NCBI GenBank assembly: GCA_963665525.1 | Contig: OY762280.1 | Span: 2,241,451 to 2,305,450 of the forward strand | Length of the DNA stretch: 64,000 nt | Reading direction: 5' to 3' | Origin: Bacteroidales bacterium | GTDB lineage: Bacteria > Bacteroidota > Bacteroidia > Bacteroidales > UBA12077 | In this document: one piece after another, positions 9,973-20,699 of the stretch | Layout of the letters: every line of letters starts with the position of its first letter | Numbering within the stretch: position 1 is the first letter of the stretch | The notes under the pieces: generated by a model | Told to the model about the DNA's origin: nothing | Databases searched by the model: none | The model's input: the letters and a program-made list of their open reading frames with translations, nothing else | Translations under genes and position numbers: made by a program

Positions 9973-12900
9973 TTAGAAGTTAATATTTATATTAAATCCT
10001 AAGCTTCTGGTTGATGGCATTTGACCAAATTCCTGACCTTGTTCAGCATTATCACTACTGAATGAAGTTTCCGGATCAATATGAGGAACTTTTTTGTATA
10101 AAATAGCCAGATTTCTACCAACAAAACCTATCGATGCTTTCTTAAATGGAGTTCCTTCGAACCATTTGCTAGGAAGATCATAACTAATTACTAATTGTCT
10201 CCATTTTACATAAGATGCATCAAACACAGAGCTTTCAACAATTGAGTTATCATAAGCAACCTGGTTGTAAGTTTTTGAAGAAACAACAACATTATTTGGT
10301 ACATAAGATCCTGAAGCTTCGTCCCACATAACACCATCACCAACTAAACCACTTTCTCTACCAAGAAGTGTTTCTTCAAGAACACCTGAATAACGTCCCC
10401 AAGTTGTTGTCATTGTATAAATATCACCTCCAAATTTACCATCGATTGTAGTATTTAAATTAATGCCTTTATAACTAACATTCATTGTAATACCACCACG
10501 CCAATCTGGTTGTATATTACCAATCACATCATATTCAGTTTCTTTTAATGGAACCCCATTTTCATGAATGATTTCACCATTATCGTCTCTTTGGTAAACA
10601 GGACCGTAAATTACACCCCAAGGTTGACCTTCACGTGCTTGTAGGTCCATATTCCATTGTCCACCAAGAACTAATGCTTCTAGTCCTCCTAAAGAAGTAA
10701 CTTCATTTTCATTCTTATAATAGTTAATATCAAAGTCAACAACTAAATCTTTGGTTTTAACTGCTGTTATTCCTAACATCAATTCAATACCTTTATTCGT
10801 CATTTCTCCAATATTATCAAGAGCAGTAATATAACCAGATGCAGCAGAAATCTCTACAGGAACAATTAGGTCTGTATTTGTTTCATTAAAGTATGTTGCA
10901 TCTAATCTTAACCTGTTATTAAATAATCTTAAATCAAGACCAACCTCATAAGCAGTTTTTGATTCTGGCTTAATGTTAGGGTTATTTAACTGATCAGGGT
11001 TAAATAGTAATGAGTTACCTCCCCAAGGAACAACTGTAGTAGGTCTAAACTCATAAGCTTGTTCTAACTGATATGGTTCTAATGCACCGATACCACCAAC
11101 TTTTGACCAACCAACTCTAACCTTAGCGAAAGTTAAAACTGATGATTTCATTTCTAATAAATCAGTGATAACAGCACCTAAGTTAACAGATGGATAGAAG
11201 AATGAGTTATTATCAATTGGTAATACTGAAGCCCAGTCATTTCTTCCTGTGAAATCTAAGAATATTGCATTTTTCCATGCAATTTGACCTTGTCCGTAGA
11301 TACTGTTAATCTTACTTTCTTCAGTACGACTTTGAATTACTGTAGTTGATCCAGCTTTTAAGTTAGCAAGTGTATAAACACCTGGTAATTCTAACTGAGG
11401 AGCTTCACCATATAAACGAGTATATTCTCTACTCATCATATTACCCCCAACATTTAATGACAAATTGAAGTCAGAAAGAATCTCTTTGTTAAACATAATT
11501 AAAATGTCAGAGTTCGTTTCTGTATATCTTCTATCCGTAACATTATAATTACCAAATGCAAACTCATTTGAACCATGAGCATGATTTTCAGTAACTTTAG
11601 AAGACCAAGTGTCAATAGATGATTTACCAACAACACTTAAATAATCAGTAAATTGATAAGAAATATTAACTCCTCCTAACATACGATCTTTTTTGTATGC
11701 ATTCTTATTATTATCAAGTACCCAATAAGGGTTATTTTGGAACTGAGTATTCCAGTTTAAAGGAGTACCTTCAGCTGCTGTTCCTGCAGGAGCCATTGGA
11801 AGATTATTATAATCTTTTAAAGCTGACCAATCAACGTTTCTCCCACCCCAAAGTGTTTGTTGTAATGGATTTTCATTGGTATAACCTATTGTTGGAAGGT
11901 TATCACTTTCAGATTTATTATAGTTTACATTAAATCCAGCTTTTAATTTATCTGTAAAATTATAGCTAGCGTTACCAGAAACAGAATACTTTCTAAACTC
12001 TGTTGTTGGTATCATACCATCCTGATCCATATATCCTAAAGATAAACGATAAGACATTTTCTCAGTACCACCAGTAAACGCTAGGTTATTATTAGAAGTA
12101 ATACCTGTTTCATAGAAATCCTTTACATTATCTGGATGTGAAATCCATGGAGATGCTCCTCCATTATACTTATAGTTATCCCACTGAACAAATTCTAATC
12201 CAACGTCAAGAGGTGGTCCCCAACTTTCATCAACACCACCATCACCAACAGTACCATCAATCCATTCGAAATAATCATCGTTAGGACCTTGTCCATATGA
12301 ATTCTGGAAACTAGGAATTACTAAAGGCTTTTCAAAAGTAGTTGTTGAGTTAAAAGAAACACCTATGTCTTTTGTTTTACTTGTTTTACCTGTTTTAGTC
12401 GTAATTACGATAACACCATTTGCAGCTCGAACACCATATAATGCCGCAGCACTTGGGCCTTTTAAAACTGATAATGTAGCAATATCGTCAGGGTTAATAT
12501 CAGCAATACCGTTTGGTAAGTCAAAACCACCACCATCGGTAGCTGTACCATAGTTGGTATTATCTAATGGAATTCCATCCACGATAAATAATGGCTGAGT
12601 ATTACCTGTGATGGATGAAGCACCTCTTAATTCAATTCTTGTAGAAGCACCTACCGCACCAGAACTCTGTGTAATATTAACACCAGATACTTTACCTGAA
12701 AGCGAATTTACAACGTTAGCTTCACGAGCTTTAGTAAATTCCTCTCCACTTAAGTCCTGTACTGAATAACCTAGTGCTTTCTTTTCTCTTGAAATACCAA
12801 GTGCAGTTACTACAACTTCATCCATTTCAAGAACTTCAGCTTCTAATTGAACATCAATTACAGAACGGCCATTAACTAGCACTTCTTGTGTTTTCATACC

Positions 12901-13128
12901 GACGAAGCTAAATACTAAGGCTTGAGCTTCACTTGGAACAGTCAAAGTATACTTTCCGTCCATGTCAGTAGTAGTACCAATAGTGGTATTATCTTTTACC
13001 ACAACTGATACCCCAGGGATAGATAACCCGTCTTCTGCACCGGTTACCGTACCCGAGATTTGCATTTGTGCCTGTACGCTAAAGCCTACAAACAACAAAA
13101 ATGCAAGAAAAATTGTTAATTTCTTCAT
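9973..13128 (-). CDS. SusC/RagA-type TonB-dependent transporter (locus 2)
   Basis: The track ORF extends to 13149, but MKKLTIFLAFLLFVGF... at 13128 aligns with the start of the paralogue. It has a carboxypeptidase-regulatory-like domain, a plug (IELRGASSITGNTQPLFIVDGIP) and a barrel ending ...LGFNININF. Confidence 0.95.
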   Translation of the reverse strand: MKKLTIFLAFLLFVGFSVQAQMQISGTVTGAEDGLSIPGVSVVVKDNTTIGTTTDMDGKYTLTVPSEAQALVFSFVGMKTQEVLVNGRSVIDVQLEAEVLEMDEVVVTALGISREKKALGYSVQDLSGEEFTKAREANVVNSLSGKVSGVNITQSSGAVGASTRIELRGASSITGNTQPLFIVDGIPLDNTNYGTATDGGGFDLPNGIADINPDDIATLSVLKGPSAAALYGVRAANGVIVITTKTGKTSKTKDIGVSFNSTTTFEKPLVIPSFQNSYGQGPNDDYFEWIDGTVGDGGVDESWGPPLDVGLEFVQWDNYKYNGGASPWISHPDNVKDFYETGITSNNNLAFTGGTEKMSYRLSLGYMDQDGMIPTTEFRKYSVSGNASYNFTDKLKAGFNVNYNKSESDNLPTIGYTNENPLQQTLWGGRNVDWSALKDYNNLPMAPAGTAAEGTPLNWNTQFQNNPYWVLDNNKNAYKKDRMLGGVNISYQFTDYLSVVGKSSIDTWSSKVTENHAHGSNEFAFGNYNVTDRRYTETNSDILIMFNKEILSDFNLSLNVGGNMMSREYTRLYGEAPQLELPGVYTLANLKAGSTTVIQSRTEESKINSIYGQGQIAWKNAIFLDFTGRNDWASVLPIDNNSFFYPSVNLGAVITDLLEMKSSVLTFAKVRVGWSKVGGIGALEPYQLEQAYEFRPTTVVPWGGNSLLFNPDQLNNPNIKPESKTAYEVGLDLRLFNNRLRLDATYFNETNTDLIVPVEISAASGYITALDNIGEMTNKGIELMLGITAVKTKDLVVDFDINYYKNENEVTSLGGLEALVLGGQWNMDLQAREGQPWGVIYGPVYQRDDNGEIIHENGVPLKETEYDVIGNIQPDWRGGITMNVSYKGINLNTTIDGKFGGDIYTMTTTWGRYSGVLEETLLGRESGLVGDGVMWDEASGSYVPNNVVVSSKTYNQVAYDNSIVESSVFDASYVKWRQLVISYDLPSKWFEGTPFKKASIGFVGRNLAILYKKVPHIDPETSFSSDNAEQGQEFGQMPSTRSLGFNININF

Positions 13129-13158
13129 AGATAAAAATTTTAGGTTCATAAATAGTTA
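13129..13158 (-). promoter_or_regulatory. Conserved 5' leader of susC paralogue 2 (partner of 5771..5800)
   Basis: It is 29/30 nt identical to the locus 1 leader. Here the upstream ATG is in frame (TTA instead of TAA). Confidence 0.5.
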
Positions 13159-13335
13159 ATATAAAATATTCTTCCCTGCTAATGTATAAAAAAAATGGAA
13201 TAAACAAAAAAAACAGACAGGAATAAACCCAACTTTTTTAAATAATAATCAACATTTTATCCTACATTTTATCAAAAAACGATAATAATATCCTATTTTC
13301 ATTTATCGTTTATTAATAATGTATTATCATAAAAT

Positions 13336-13366
13336 AAGCCCCGAATTAGTTAAAATTCAGGGCTTA
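13336..13366 (-). terminator. Hairpin terminator after ftcD
   Basis: The stem AGCCCCGAATT / AATTCAGGGCT is 11 bp with 1 mismatch. On the minus strand it is followed by T-rich sequence. It lies about 30 bp after the ftcD stop. Confidence 0.55.
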
Positions 13367-13397
13367 ATATCTTATATATAAAACTCTACAAATGCTA

Positions 13398-15083
13398 TTA
13401 GAGCTTACTTTCCACAATTTCTAAGATTTCTTTTTCCAATTCCTCCGTATTTTTATCTATTTCTTGTGCTTTTTTACTAACGGACTCTACAAATGTTTTA
13501 TCTTCAAGGTCTCCAGAATTGATTTTTACATTTAAAAAAGCTCCTTTCACACAAGAACGAATTGCTAATGCTCCAACACCAGCATCTGAAACTGAATTTG
13601 GATTGCCAATTTCAGCCATAGCTTTCACAACTTCCAAGGCATTATATGCAACTTCCATTACTCTAAAAGGCACCATGATAGCATTCTTTGTTGCATCCTG
13701 TATAGCTTCTTTCCTAGCCGCTTTCTCTTCGTCAGTTTTCTTAGGCAAACCAAATGCATCCATAATTTTATTAAATGCATCGGTATCTTCATCAACCAAT
13801 CGAACCAATTCAGATTGATATTTCATTCCTTTTTCAGCCCAATCTGAAAATTCTTCCCAACGATCGTCCCATCCTCTTTTATGTGAAGATAAATTTGCAA
13901 CCATAGTACCTAAAGCTACTCCCATTGCTCCCATATAAGCAGAAACAGATCCTCCGCCAGGAGCTGGTGATTCTGATGCCGTTTCATCAGTGAATTCAGT
14001 TAATGTCATATCAACTAATTTCTTTTTCTTAGCATCAGCCGCTAACTTATATTCAATAATTTTTTCTTCTGGTTTAAATTCATACAGATCATCTAAACCA
14101 AGTGACTTAACTGCAATTTTAATAATCTCTTTCTCAGGAATTCCAACAGATCTGTTTTGTTTTCTTAAGAAATACTTTCCTGCATCAATCATTGCTTGCA
14201 ATGGAATCAATCCAACCAGCTCAGAACCTGAAACTCTTATTCCACGTTCCAGTGCTTTTTTGAAAACTTCATCATAAGCAATATGTACAGGAGTTACACT
14301 TATGTTAGTGAGGTTCATTGATATTTGAGCAACACCATATTCATCGATAAACCAACCAATTGCTTTTACACATTTTAAAGAACCAGGAGTCCAAACTTTA
14401 TTTCCTTTTTCATCTAAAACCACTTTTCCTGTAACAGGATCTCCCTCGCGTTTTACTCGTCCTTTTTCTCTAACATCAAAAGCAATAGCATTTGCTCTAC
14501 GAGTAGAAGTTGTATTCAGGTTAACATTATAAGCTACAAGAAAATCTCTGGCACCCACTGCGGTAACACCAGCTTTTGCATTGAATTCTGCAGGGCCAAA
14601 ATCTGGTTTCCATTCCGGCTTAGCTAACTTTTCTTTTAAACCTTCATATTCACCTGCTCTACAAACAGCTAAATTTCTTCTTTCATCTTTCAGTGCAGCA
14701 TTTTCATAGCAATAAATTGGAATATGTAATTCTTCACCGATACGTTTTGCCAACTTGTGGGCATATTGAACTGTTTCTTCCATTGTAATATTTGAAACAG
14801 GAACCAAAGGACAAACATCTGTTGCACCAAAACGAGGGTGAGCTCCTTTGTGATTTCTCATATCTATTAATTCAGAAGCTTTCTTTACCGCAAGAAAAGC
14901 GGCTTCACAAACTTCTTCCGGTGTACCAACCATCGTAACAACAGTTCTGTTGGTAGCTTGTCCCGGGTCAACATCCAATAAACTAACACCTTCAACAGAT
15001 TCTATTTCGTTCGTAATTTGCTTTATGATATCCATATTGTTCCCTTCGCTAAAGTTAGGAACACATTCAATTAGTTGTTTCAT
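13398..15083 (-). CDS. ftcD: Bifunctional glutamate formimidoyltransferase / formimidoyl-THF cyclodeaminase
   Basis: The protein is 561 aa. The N-terminus MKQLIECVPNFSEG is the classic formiminotransferase start. The C-terminal helical part (PAPGGGSVSAYMGAMGVAL) is cyclodeaminase-like. It is adjacent to hutI. Confidence 0.9.
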   Translation of the reverse strand: MKQLIECVPNFSEGNNMDIIKQITNEIESVEGVSLLDVDPGQATNRTVVTMVGTPEEVCEAAFLAVKKASELIDMRNHKGAHPRFGATDVCPLVPVSNITMEETVQYAHKLAKRIGEELHIPIYCYENAALKDERRNLAVCRAGEYEGLKEKLAKPEWKPDFGPAEFNAKAGVTAVGARDFLVAYNVNLNTTSTRRANAIAFDVREKGRVKREGDPVTGKVVLDEKGNKVWTPGSLKCVKAIGWFIDEYGVAQISMNLTNISVTPVHIAYDEVFKKALERGIRVSGSELVGLIPLQAMIDAGKYFLRKQNRSVGIPEKEIIKIAVKSLGLDDLYEFKPEEKIIEYKLAADAKKKKLVDMTLTEFTDETASESPAPGGGSVSAYMGAMGVALGTMVANLSSHKRGWDDRWEEFSDWAEKGMKYQSELVRLVDEDTDAFNKIMDAFGLPKKTDEEKAARKEAIQDATKNAIMVPFRVMEVAYNALEVVKAMAEIGNPNSVSDAGVGALAIRSCVKGAFLNVKINSGDLEDKTFVESVSKKAQEIDKNTEELEKEILEIVESKL

Positions 15084-15222
15084 CTTATATCTGATTTTTA
15101 ATATTTAACAAATTTTGATTTTTAATGTGAGTATACCTTATATTATATATCAAACTATGGATACCTAATACTATTCATTTTCCTGGGACGAAAATTTCTG
15201 TCCTTATATATTATATTATACA

Positions 15223-16464
15223 TTACGAAATTACTTTACCATTTAAAATCACCTGATCAATTAAATTACTCGTATAAGCATATGGCATAAAATCATAAGT
15301 TGGAATTTCTTTGGTGATAAACACATTGGCTATCTTCCCTTTTGCTATACTACCTAAAGAATCGCTTAATCCCATAGCATAAGCTCCATTTATTGTAGCT
15401 GCATGAATAACTTCCTCAGGTAACATTCTTAATTTTATAGTTCCCAAAGACATGATAAACTTCATATTTCCCGATGGCGAAGATCCCGGATTATAATCAG
15501 AAGCTAGAGCTACAGGCAATCCTGCCTCTATCATTTTTCTAACCGGAGGATCAACCATTCCTAAAAAGAAAGCAGCACCAGGAAGCAAGGTTGGCATGGT
15601 CTCTGAGTCTAAAAGGGCTTTTATTTCATCATCACCAGTAAATTCCAAATGATCCACTGATAATGCATTGTATTTAACACCAACTTGTATTCCTCCCGAA
15701 TAATCCAATTCATTGGCATGTATTTTTGGACGCATTCCATATTTCATACCTGCCATTAAAATACGATCTGTTTGTTCTACTGTAAAGAATCCTTTATCGC
15801 AAAAAACATCAATATAATCGGCTAAGTCCTCAGAAGCAACCACAGGAATCATTTCGTTAATAACAAGATCTACATATTCATCTTGCTTAGCTTTATATTC
15901 TGCAGGAACAGCATGAGCACCAAGAAAAGTGGATTTTATAGTTATAGGAGTTGTTTCTTTTAATCGCTTAATAACTCTAAGCATCTTCACTTCATCTTCC
16001 GGAGTTAAACCATAGCCACTTTTTATCTCAACAGCTCCAGTACCAAATCCTATTATCTCGTTAATTCTTTGTAAAGCCTGTTCATATAAAGAATCTTCTG
16101 AAGTATTGTGTAATAATTTAGCTGAATTTAATATTCCACCTCCTCTTTTAGCTATTTCTTCATAAGATAAGCCCCGAATCTTATCCCCATATTCAATTTC
16201 TCTGCTCCCTGCATAAACCAAATGTGTATGAGAATCGCAGAAAGATGGAAAAACCATCTTACCACTAGCATCTATTACATCACCTTTAAAATCATCTTGA
16301 TTAAGATTATTCATTTCTCCAAAATCAATAATCTTATCTCCATCTATTAATAAATATGCATTCTCAATGGTTTTAAGACTTTGCATATCCTTACCTGCAA
16401 CCCATTTAACAGGACTTTCTTCTACATTAATTAATGATTTAATATTCTTTATTAAAATTGACAT
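15223..16464 (-). CDS. hutI: Imidazolonepropionase
   Basis: The protein is 413 aa with the amidohydrolase metal motif CDSHTHLVYAGSRE. Its length and order match HutI. Confidence 0.9.
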   Translation of the reverse strand: MSILIKNIKSLINVEESPVKWVAGKDMQSLKTIENAYLLIDGDKIIDFGEMNNLNQDDFKGDVIDASGKMVFPSFCDSHTHLVYAGSREIEYGDKIRGLSYEEIAKRGGGILNSAKLLHNTSEDSLYEQALQRINEIIGFGTGAVEIKSGYGLTPEDEVKMLRVIKRLKETTPITIKSTFLGAHAVPAEYKAKQDEYVDLVINEMIPVVASEDLADYIDVFCDKGFFTVEQTDRILMAGMKYGMRPKIHANELDYSGGIQVGVKYNALSVDHLEFTGDDEIKALLDSETMPTLLPGAAFFLGMVDPPVRKMIEAGLPVALASDYNPGSSPSGNMKFIMSLGTIKLRMLPEEVIHAATINGAYAMGLSDSLGSIAKGKIANVFITKEIPTYDFMPYAYTSNLIDQVILNGKVIS

Positions 16465-16639
16465 CTTATTTTTTGATTTTCTATGTTATTAATTCTTTTT
16501 CAAGCAACTAAATTACAATAATATCTTAAAATGATTTGGTACGAAAATACAAAAATCATTGCTATATAAATAAAAAATTTCCTGTTGTATAACTTATGTT
16601 CTATTTTTACCAACTCTTAAAATAAAAAGTGAAAAAACT

Positions 16640-18247
16640 ATGAAAAAGAAAAGGCCAATACCACACACATACGTAATTGTATTTTTTATCATTATTTTCT
16701 CAGCCATATTAACATGGTTTGTTCCAGGAGGGGAGTTTGACCGAGAAATTATAACACTTAGCGATGGAACAACCAAAGAAGTAATTGTAAAAGATTCATT
16801 TCATTATACTGAAAATCAACCCCAAACATGGGAAGCCTTTTCAGCCTTTTTTGATGGTTTTGTTGATAAGGCCGATATTATCATCTTTATATTAATGATT
16901 GGTGGTGCATTCTGGATTATGAATGACAGTAAAGCCATTGATGTAGGAATCTTCACTTTTCTTAAAAAGACTAAAAAAATAGAACACTTTAAATTGTTTA
17001 AGTTTCTAGGCATCGAAAACATTATTATCACTTTAATCATGATCATGTTCTCTATTTTCGGAGCTGTATTTGGTATGAGTGAAGAAACCATTGCCTTTGT
17101 CATTATTTTTGTTCCCCTGGCTCTATCCATGGGATACGATTCAATAGTAGGTGTTAACTTATGTTTTGTTGCGGCTGCTTTAGGTTTTGCCGGTGCTTTG
17201 CTGAATCCTTTTACTATAGGTATTGCTCAAGGATTATCAGGGATTCCATTATTTACAGGAATTGAATATCGTTTTTTTACATGGATTGTATTAAATATTG
17301 TCGGAATTACATATGTTCTTAGATATGCCAAAAAAGTTAAGAAAAACCCGGAATCATCGCTTGTTTTTGAAGATGATAATAAGAATTGGAGAAGTAAAGA
17401 ACACATCGATCCTGAACACATGAAATACTACACTCCTGTTTCTGCATGGATTGTTTATGGAATATTATCGGTTATATTAATAATCATATCACTTATTAAT
17501 ACTCAAACAACATTATCCATAGGAAATTCATCAACTACATTAGCTATTATTCCAATATTGACTGGTCTATTTATAATAACAGGACCATTGATGCTTAAAA
17601 AATCTGTACACTTTTTCATTTTAAACATTTTACTTTTTACTATCCTCTTTCTAATCATTGGCGTTATGGGTTATGGTTGGTATGTGATGGAAATTGCTAC
17701 TTTATTTTTCGTTATGGGATTAGCATCAGGTATAGCCAATAATAAATCACCAAATAATATCACAAAATTATTCTTAGATGGAGCCAAAGATATAGCATCA
17801 GCAGCTTTAATTGTTGGACTAGCAGGAGGTATTATCATTGTACTTCAAGAAGGTAAAATTATTGATACTATTTTACACTCTGTATCGCAATCAATGAAAA
17901 CAATGGGAAAAGTAGGTTCTATAGGAATTATGTACTTAATTCAAACATTTATAAATATTATCATACCATCGGGAAGTGCAAAAGCAGCCCTTACCATGCC
18001 TATTATGGCTCCTTTCTCTGATTTAATAGGGATTTCGCGACAAGCAACAGTTATGGCTTTTCAATTTGGAGATGGTTTTACAAATATGATTACTCCAACT
18101 TCTGGTGTTTTGATTGGTGTGCTTGGTGTAGCCAAAATTCCATATGAAAAATGGGTAAAATGGGTAACACCATTTATGATCATTCTAGTTACCTTAGGTT
18201 TCTTATTGTTAATTCCTACTGTATTAATGGAATTAAGTGGTTTTTAA
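16640..18247 (+). CDS. YfcC/DcuC-type polytopic membrane transporter
   Basis: The protein is 535 aa and strongly hydrophobic with many TM segments. The motif PSGSAKAALTMPIMAP is typical of the YfcC family (recalled from memory). Confidence 0.75.
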   Translation: MKKKRPIPHTYVIVFFIIIFSAILTWFVPGGEFDREIITLSDGTTKEVIVKDSFHYTENQPQTWEAFSAFFDGFVDKADIIIFILMIGGAFWIMNDSKAIDVGIFTFLKKTKKIEHFKLFKFLGIENIIITLIMIMFSIFGAVFGMSEETIAFVIIFVPLALSMGYDSIVGVNLCFVAAALGFAGALLNPFTIGIAQGLSGIPLFTGIEYRFFTWIVLNIVGITYVLRYAKKVKKNPESSLVFEDDNKNWRSKEHIDPEHMKYYTPVSAWIVYGILSVILIIISLINTQTTLSIGNSSTTLAIIPILTGLFIITGPLMLKKSVHFFILNILLFTILFLIIGVMGYGWYVMEIATLFFVMGLASGIANNKSPNNITKLFLDGAKDIASAALIVGLAGGIIIVLQEGKIIDTILHSVSQSMKTMGKVGSIGIMYLIQTFINIIIPSGSAKAALTMPIMAPFSDLIGISRQATVMAFQFGDGFTNMITPTSGVLIGVLGVAKIPYEKWVKWVTPFMIILVTLGFLLLIPTVLMELSGF

Positions 18248-18263
18248 AATTAAATGATCAACC

Positions 18264-19628
18264 ATGAAAAAGTCTGTTTTTCTTTTATTAATACTTATAA
18301 GCTTTATTTCTAAGCTATCTGCACAAGAAAGCAATGCCAAAGAAGAAAAAGTAAAAGATGGATGGACTTTTGGAGCTGTTCCTGTAATAGCCTACGATAG
18401 CGATTTAGGTTTTAAATATGGTGGATTAGTGAATTTTTATAACTATGGAAAGCCGACAAGTTATCCGGAATATTTACAGTCCATTTATTTTGAGATTTCA
18501 AGGACAACAAAAGGTAGCGGAATTAATCAATTGTCGTTTGATTCAGAACATTTATTTCCTAGTAAGCCTGTAAGAGTAACTGCCGATATAAGCTATTTAA
18601 CAGAACAGGCATTAGACTTTTATGGCTTTAATGGTTATCAATCTGCTTATATTCCCGATTTTGAAGACGATAATTCTAATAATTCAATCTACCGATCGAG
18701 AATGTACTATCGCATGGAGCGAAAAATGATTCGATTTGCTGCTGATTTCTCAGGAAATCTATTTGAAACCAATTTTAAATGGCTAGCCGGATTTGCTCAT
18801 ATTAACCACAAACTTGGATCGGTTGATATTGATGCATTAAATGATGGTTTAGATCATGATGAACTGCTACCTTCAACAGATAGTGTTCCCGGATTATACG
18901 ATGAATACGTAAATTGGGGAATTATTCCGCAAAAAGAATCAGATGGAGGTAAAATTAACTATATTAAGCTTGGTGCAATATATGATTCTCGCGATAACGA
19001 AGCCAATCCAATGTCGGGTATTTGGTCAGAAATCGTATTGGTTACTGCTCCAAAGTTTTTAGACAATTACGAAAACGACTACACTCAACTTTCTGTGACT
19101 CATCGTCAGTATTTTACTTTAGTTAAAAATAAATTATCGTTTGCATATCGTTTAGGATACCAGGGAACTCTGGCTGGAAACGTTCCTTTTTATATGCTCC
19201 CTTATTTAAATTTCTCATACAATCCATCAATAGTTATTGAGGGATTTGGGGGGTCAAAATCGTTTCGAGGAGTATTAAGAAACCGGGTTGTTGGCGATGG
19301 TGTCGTTTATGGAAATCTTGAATTTAGATGGAAGTTCATTAAAACAGTTATAAAGAATCAGAATTTATATATTGCATTAAGTACGTTTACTGATTTTGGA
19401 CAAGTAGTACAGGAAACAAAAGTTAACACAACAAATATCCCTATTGATGGAAGTGTGGATTTAACCAATTATTTTGATTCTCAAAACGACCAACTGCATA
19501 TCAGTTATGGACTTGGACTACACTTTGCTCTTAACAAGAATTTTATTGTTGCCTTTGATTATGGCTTAGCAGGTGATAAAAGAGATGGCTCGAGCGGATT
19601 GTATATCGGAATGAATTTTCTTTTTTAA
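18264..19628 (+). CDS. Outer-membrane beta-barrel protein, Omp85/surface-antigen-like
   Basis: It has a signal peptide and alternating beta-strand pattern. The C-terminus GLYIGMNFLF carries the terminal aromatic residue typical of OMPs. The family assignment is tentative. Confidence 0.55.
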   Translation: MKKSVFLLLILISFISKLSAQESNAKEEKVKDGWTFGAVPVIAYDSDLGFKYGGLVNFYNYGKPTSYPEYLQSIYFEISRTTKGSGINQLSFDSEHLFPSKPVRVTADISYLTEQALDFYGFNGYQSAYIPDFEDDNSNNSIYRSRMYYRMERKMIRFAADFSGNLFETNFKWLAGFAHINHKLGSVDIDALNDGLDHDELLPSTDSVPGLYDEYVNWGIIPQKESDGGKINYIKLGAIYDSRDNEANPMSGIWSEIVLVTAPKFLDNYENDYTQLSVTHRQYFTLVKNKLSFAYRLGYQGTLAGNVPFYMLPYLNFSYNPSIVIEGFGGSKSFRGVLRNRVVGDGVVYGNLEFRWKFIKTVIKNQNLYIALSTFTDFGQVVQETKVNTTNIPIDGSVDLTNYFDSQNDQLHISYGLGLHFALNKNFIVAFDYGLAGDKRDGSSGLYIGMNFLF

Positions 19629-19648
19629 ATCAAAATATGAGAAGAAGA

Positions 19649-19805
19649 AAGAGGATGTCCGAAAAGTTAACTTTTTGCCACAAAGTCTCAAAAACACGAA
19701 GCAAACACAAAATAGAACTTGCTGCATATTAACTCTTTGTGGGATTTGGAGTTTTAGTGTCTTAGTGGCAAGTTTTGTATTTGTTGACTTTTCGGACAGC
19801 CTCTT
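19649..19805. repeat. ~157-bp imperfect palindromic intergenic element between convergent genes
   Basis: The outer arms are aagaggatgtccgaaaagttaac (19649..19671) and gttgacttttcggacagcctctt (19783..19805), pairing at 21/23. The inner arms ttgccacaaagtctcaaaaacac and gagttttagtgtcttagtggcaa are also complementary at about 17/23. Confidence 0.6.
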
Positions 19806-19817
19806 TTTTATATTTAT

Positions 19818-20699
19818 TTAAAATTCTTCAAATTTATGTGTTATATCTTTAAAATCTAAGTCTTTAAACTCACAACATTCATCCAGATTTTTACTATAAA
19901 CATCCATTGCCCTACGGCTCATACCCATACTAGAAAATCCTCCATCGTGGAAAATATTCTGCATAGTAATTTTCTTAGTTAAATCAGAAAACATGGTAAT
20001 ACAGAAATTAGCACACTCCTCGGCAGTAGCATTCCCTAGTGGAGACATACGATTTGAGAAATCCATTAAGCCTTCTAATCCCATTACACCTTTACCAGCT
20101 GTTGTTGGAGTTGGCGACTGCGATATGGTATTAATCCTGATTTTCTTTTCACGACCATAGATATATCCAAAACTTCTGGCTATGGATTCAAGTAGCGACT
20201 TGGCATCAGCCATATCATTATAACCATATAGAGTTCTTTGAGCAGCAACATATGATAATGCCAAAACAGAACCCCAGTCATTTAAAGCATCTTTTTTACG
20301 AGCTACCTGTAATATTTTATGAAACGATAAGGCTGAAACATCCAATGTCTTTAAAAAATAATCATAATTCAAATTATCGTATGTAATTCCTTTTCGAACG
20401 TTTGGTGACATTCCAATTGAATGAAGAATAAAATCGATTTTACCACCGAATTTCTCCATTGTCTTATCAATTAATTTTTCAATATCTTCTAAATTTGTTG
20501 CATCTGCAGGAATAACTTCAGTGTTACATGCCTTTGCCAATTTATCAGTATCTCCAAGACGCAATGCAAAAGGTGCATTTGTTAATACAAACTCTGCTCC
20601 TTCTTCATATGCCTTTTCGGCTACTTTCCATGCTATCGACATGTCATTCAGCGCACCAAATATTATTCCCTTTTTACCTTTTAATAAATTAAATGCCAT
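19818..20699 (-). CDS. fabI: Enoyl-ACP reductase (NADH), FabI type
   Basis: The protein is 293 aa. It has the FabI-like N-terminus LLKGKKGIIFGALNDMSIAW, an SDR fold and the Y-x6-K region YGYNDMADAKSLLES. Confidence 0.82.
   Translation of the reverse strand: MAFNLLKGKKGIIFGALNDMSIAWKVAEKAYEEGAEFVLTNAPFALRLGDTDKLAKACNTEVIPADATNLEDIEKLIDKTMEKFGGKIDFILHSIGMSPNVRKGITYDNLNYDYFLKTLDVSALSFHKILQVARKKDALNDWGSVLALSYVAAQRTLYGYNDMADAKSLLESIARSFGYIYGREKKIRINTISQSPTPTTAGKGVMGLEGLMDFSNRMSPLGNATAEECANFCITMFSDLTKKITMQNIFHDGGFSSMGMSRRAMDVYSKNLDECCEFKDLDFKDITHKFEEF

Noticed and set aside
13129-13149. N-terminal extension MNLKFLS of SusC paralogue 2 as given in the ORF track
   Set aside because: The paralogue has a stop codon at the equivalent position, and both proteins align from MKKLTIFLAFLLFVGF. 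The extension would also precede the signal peptide.
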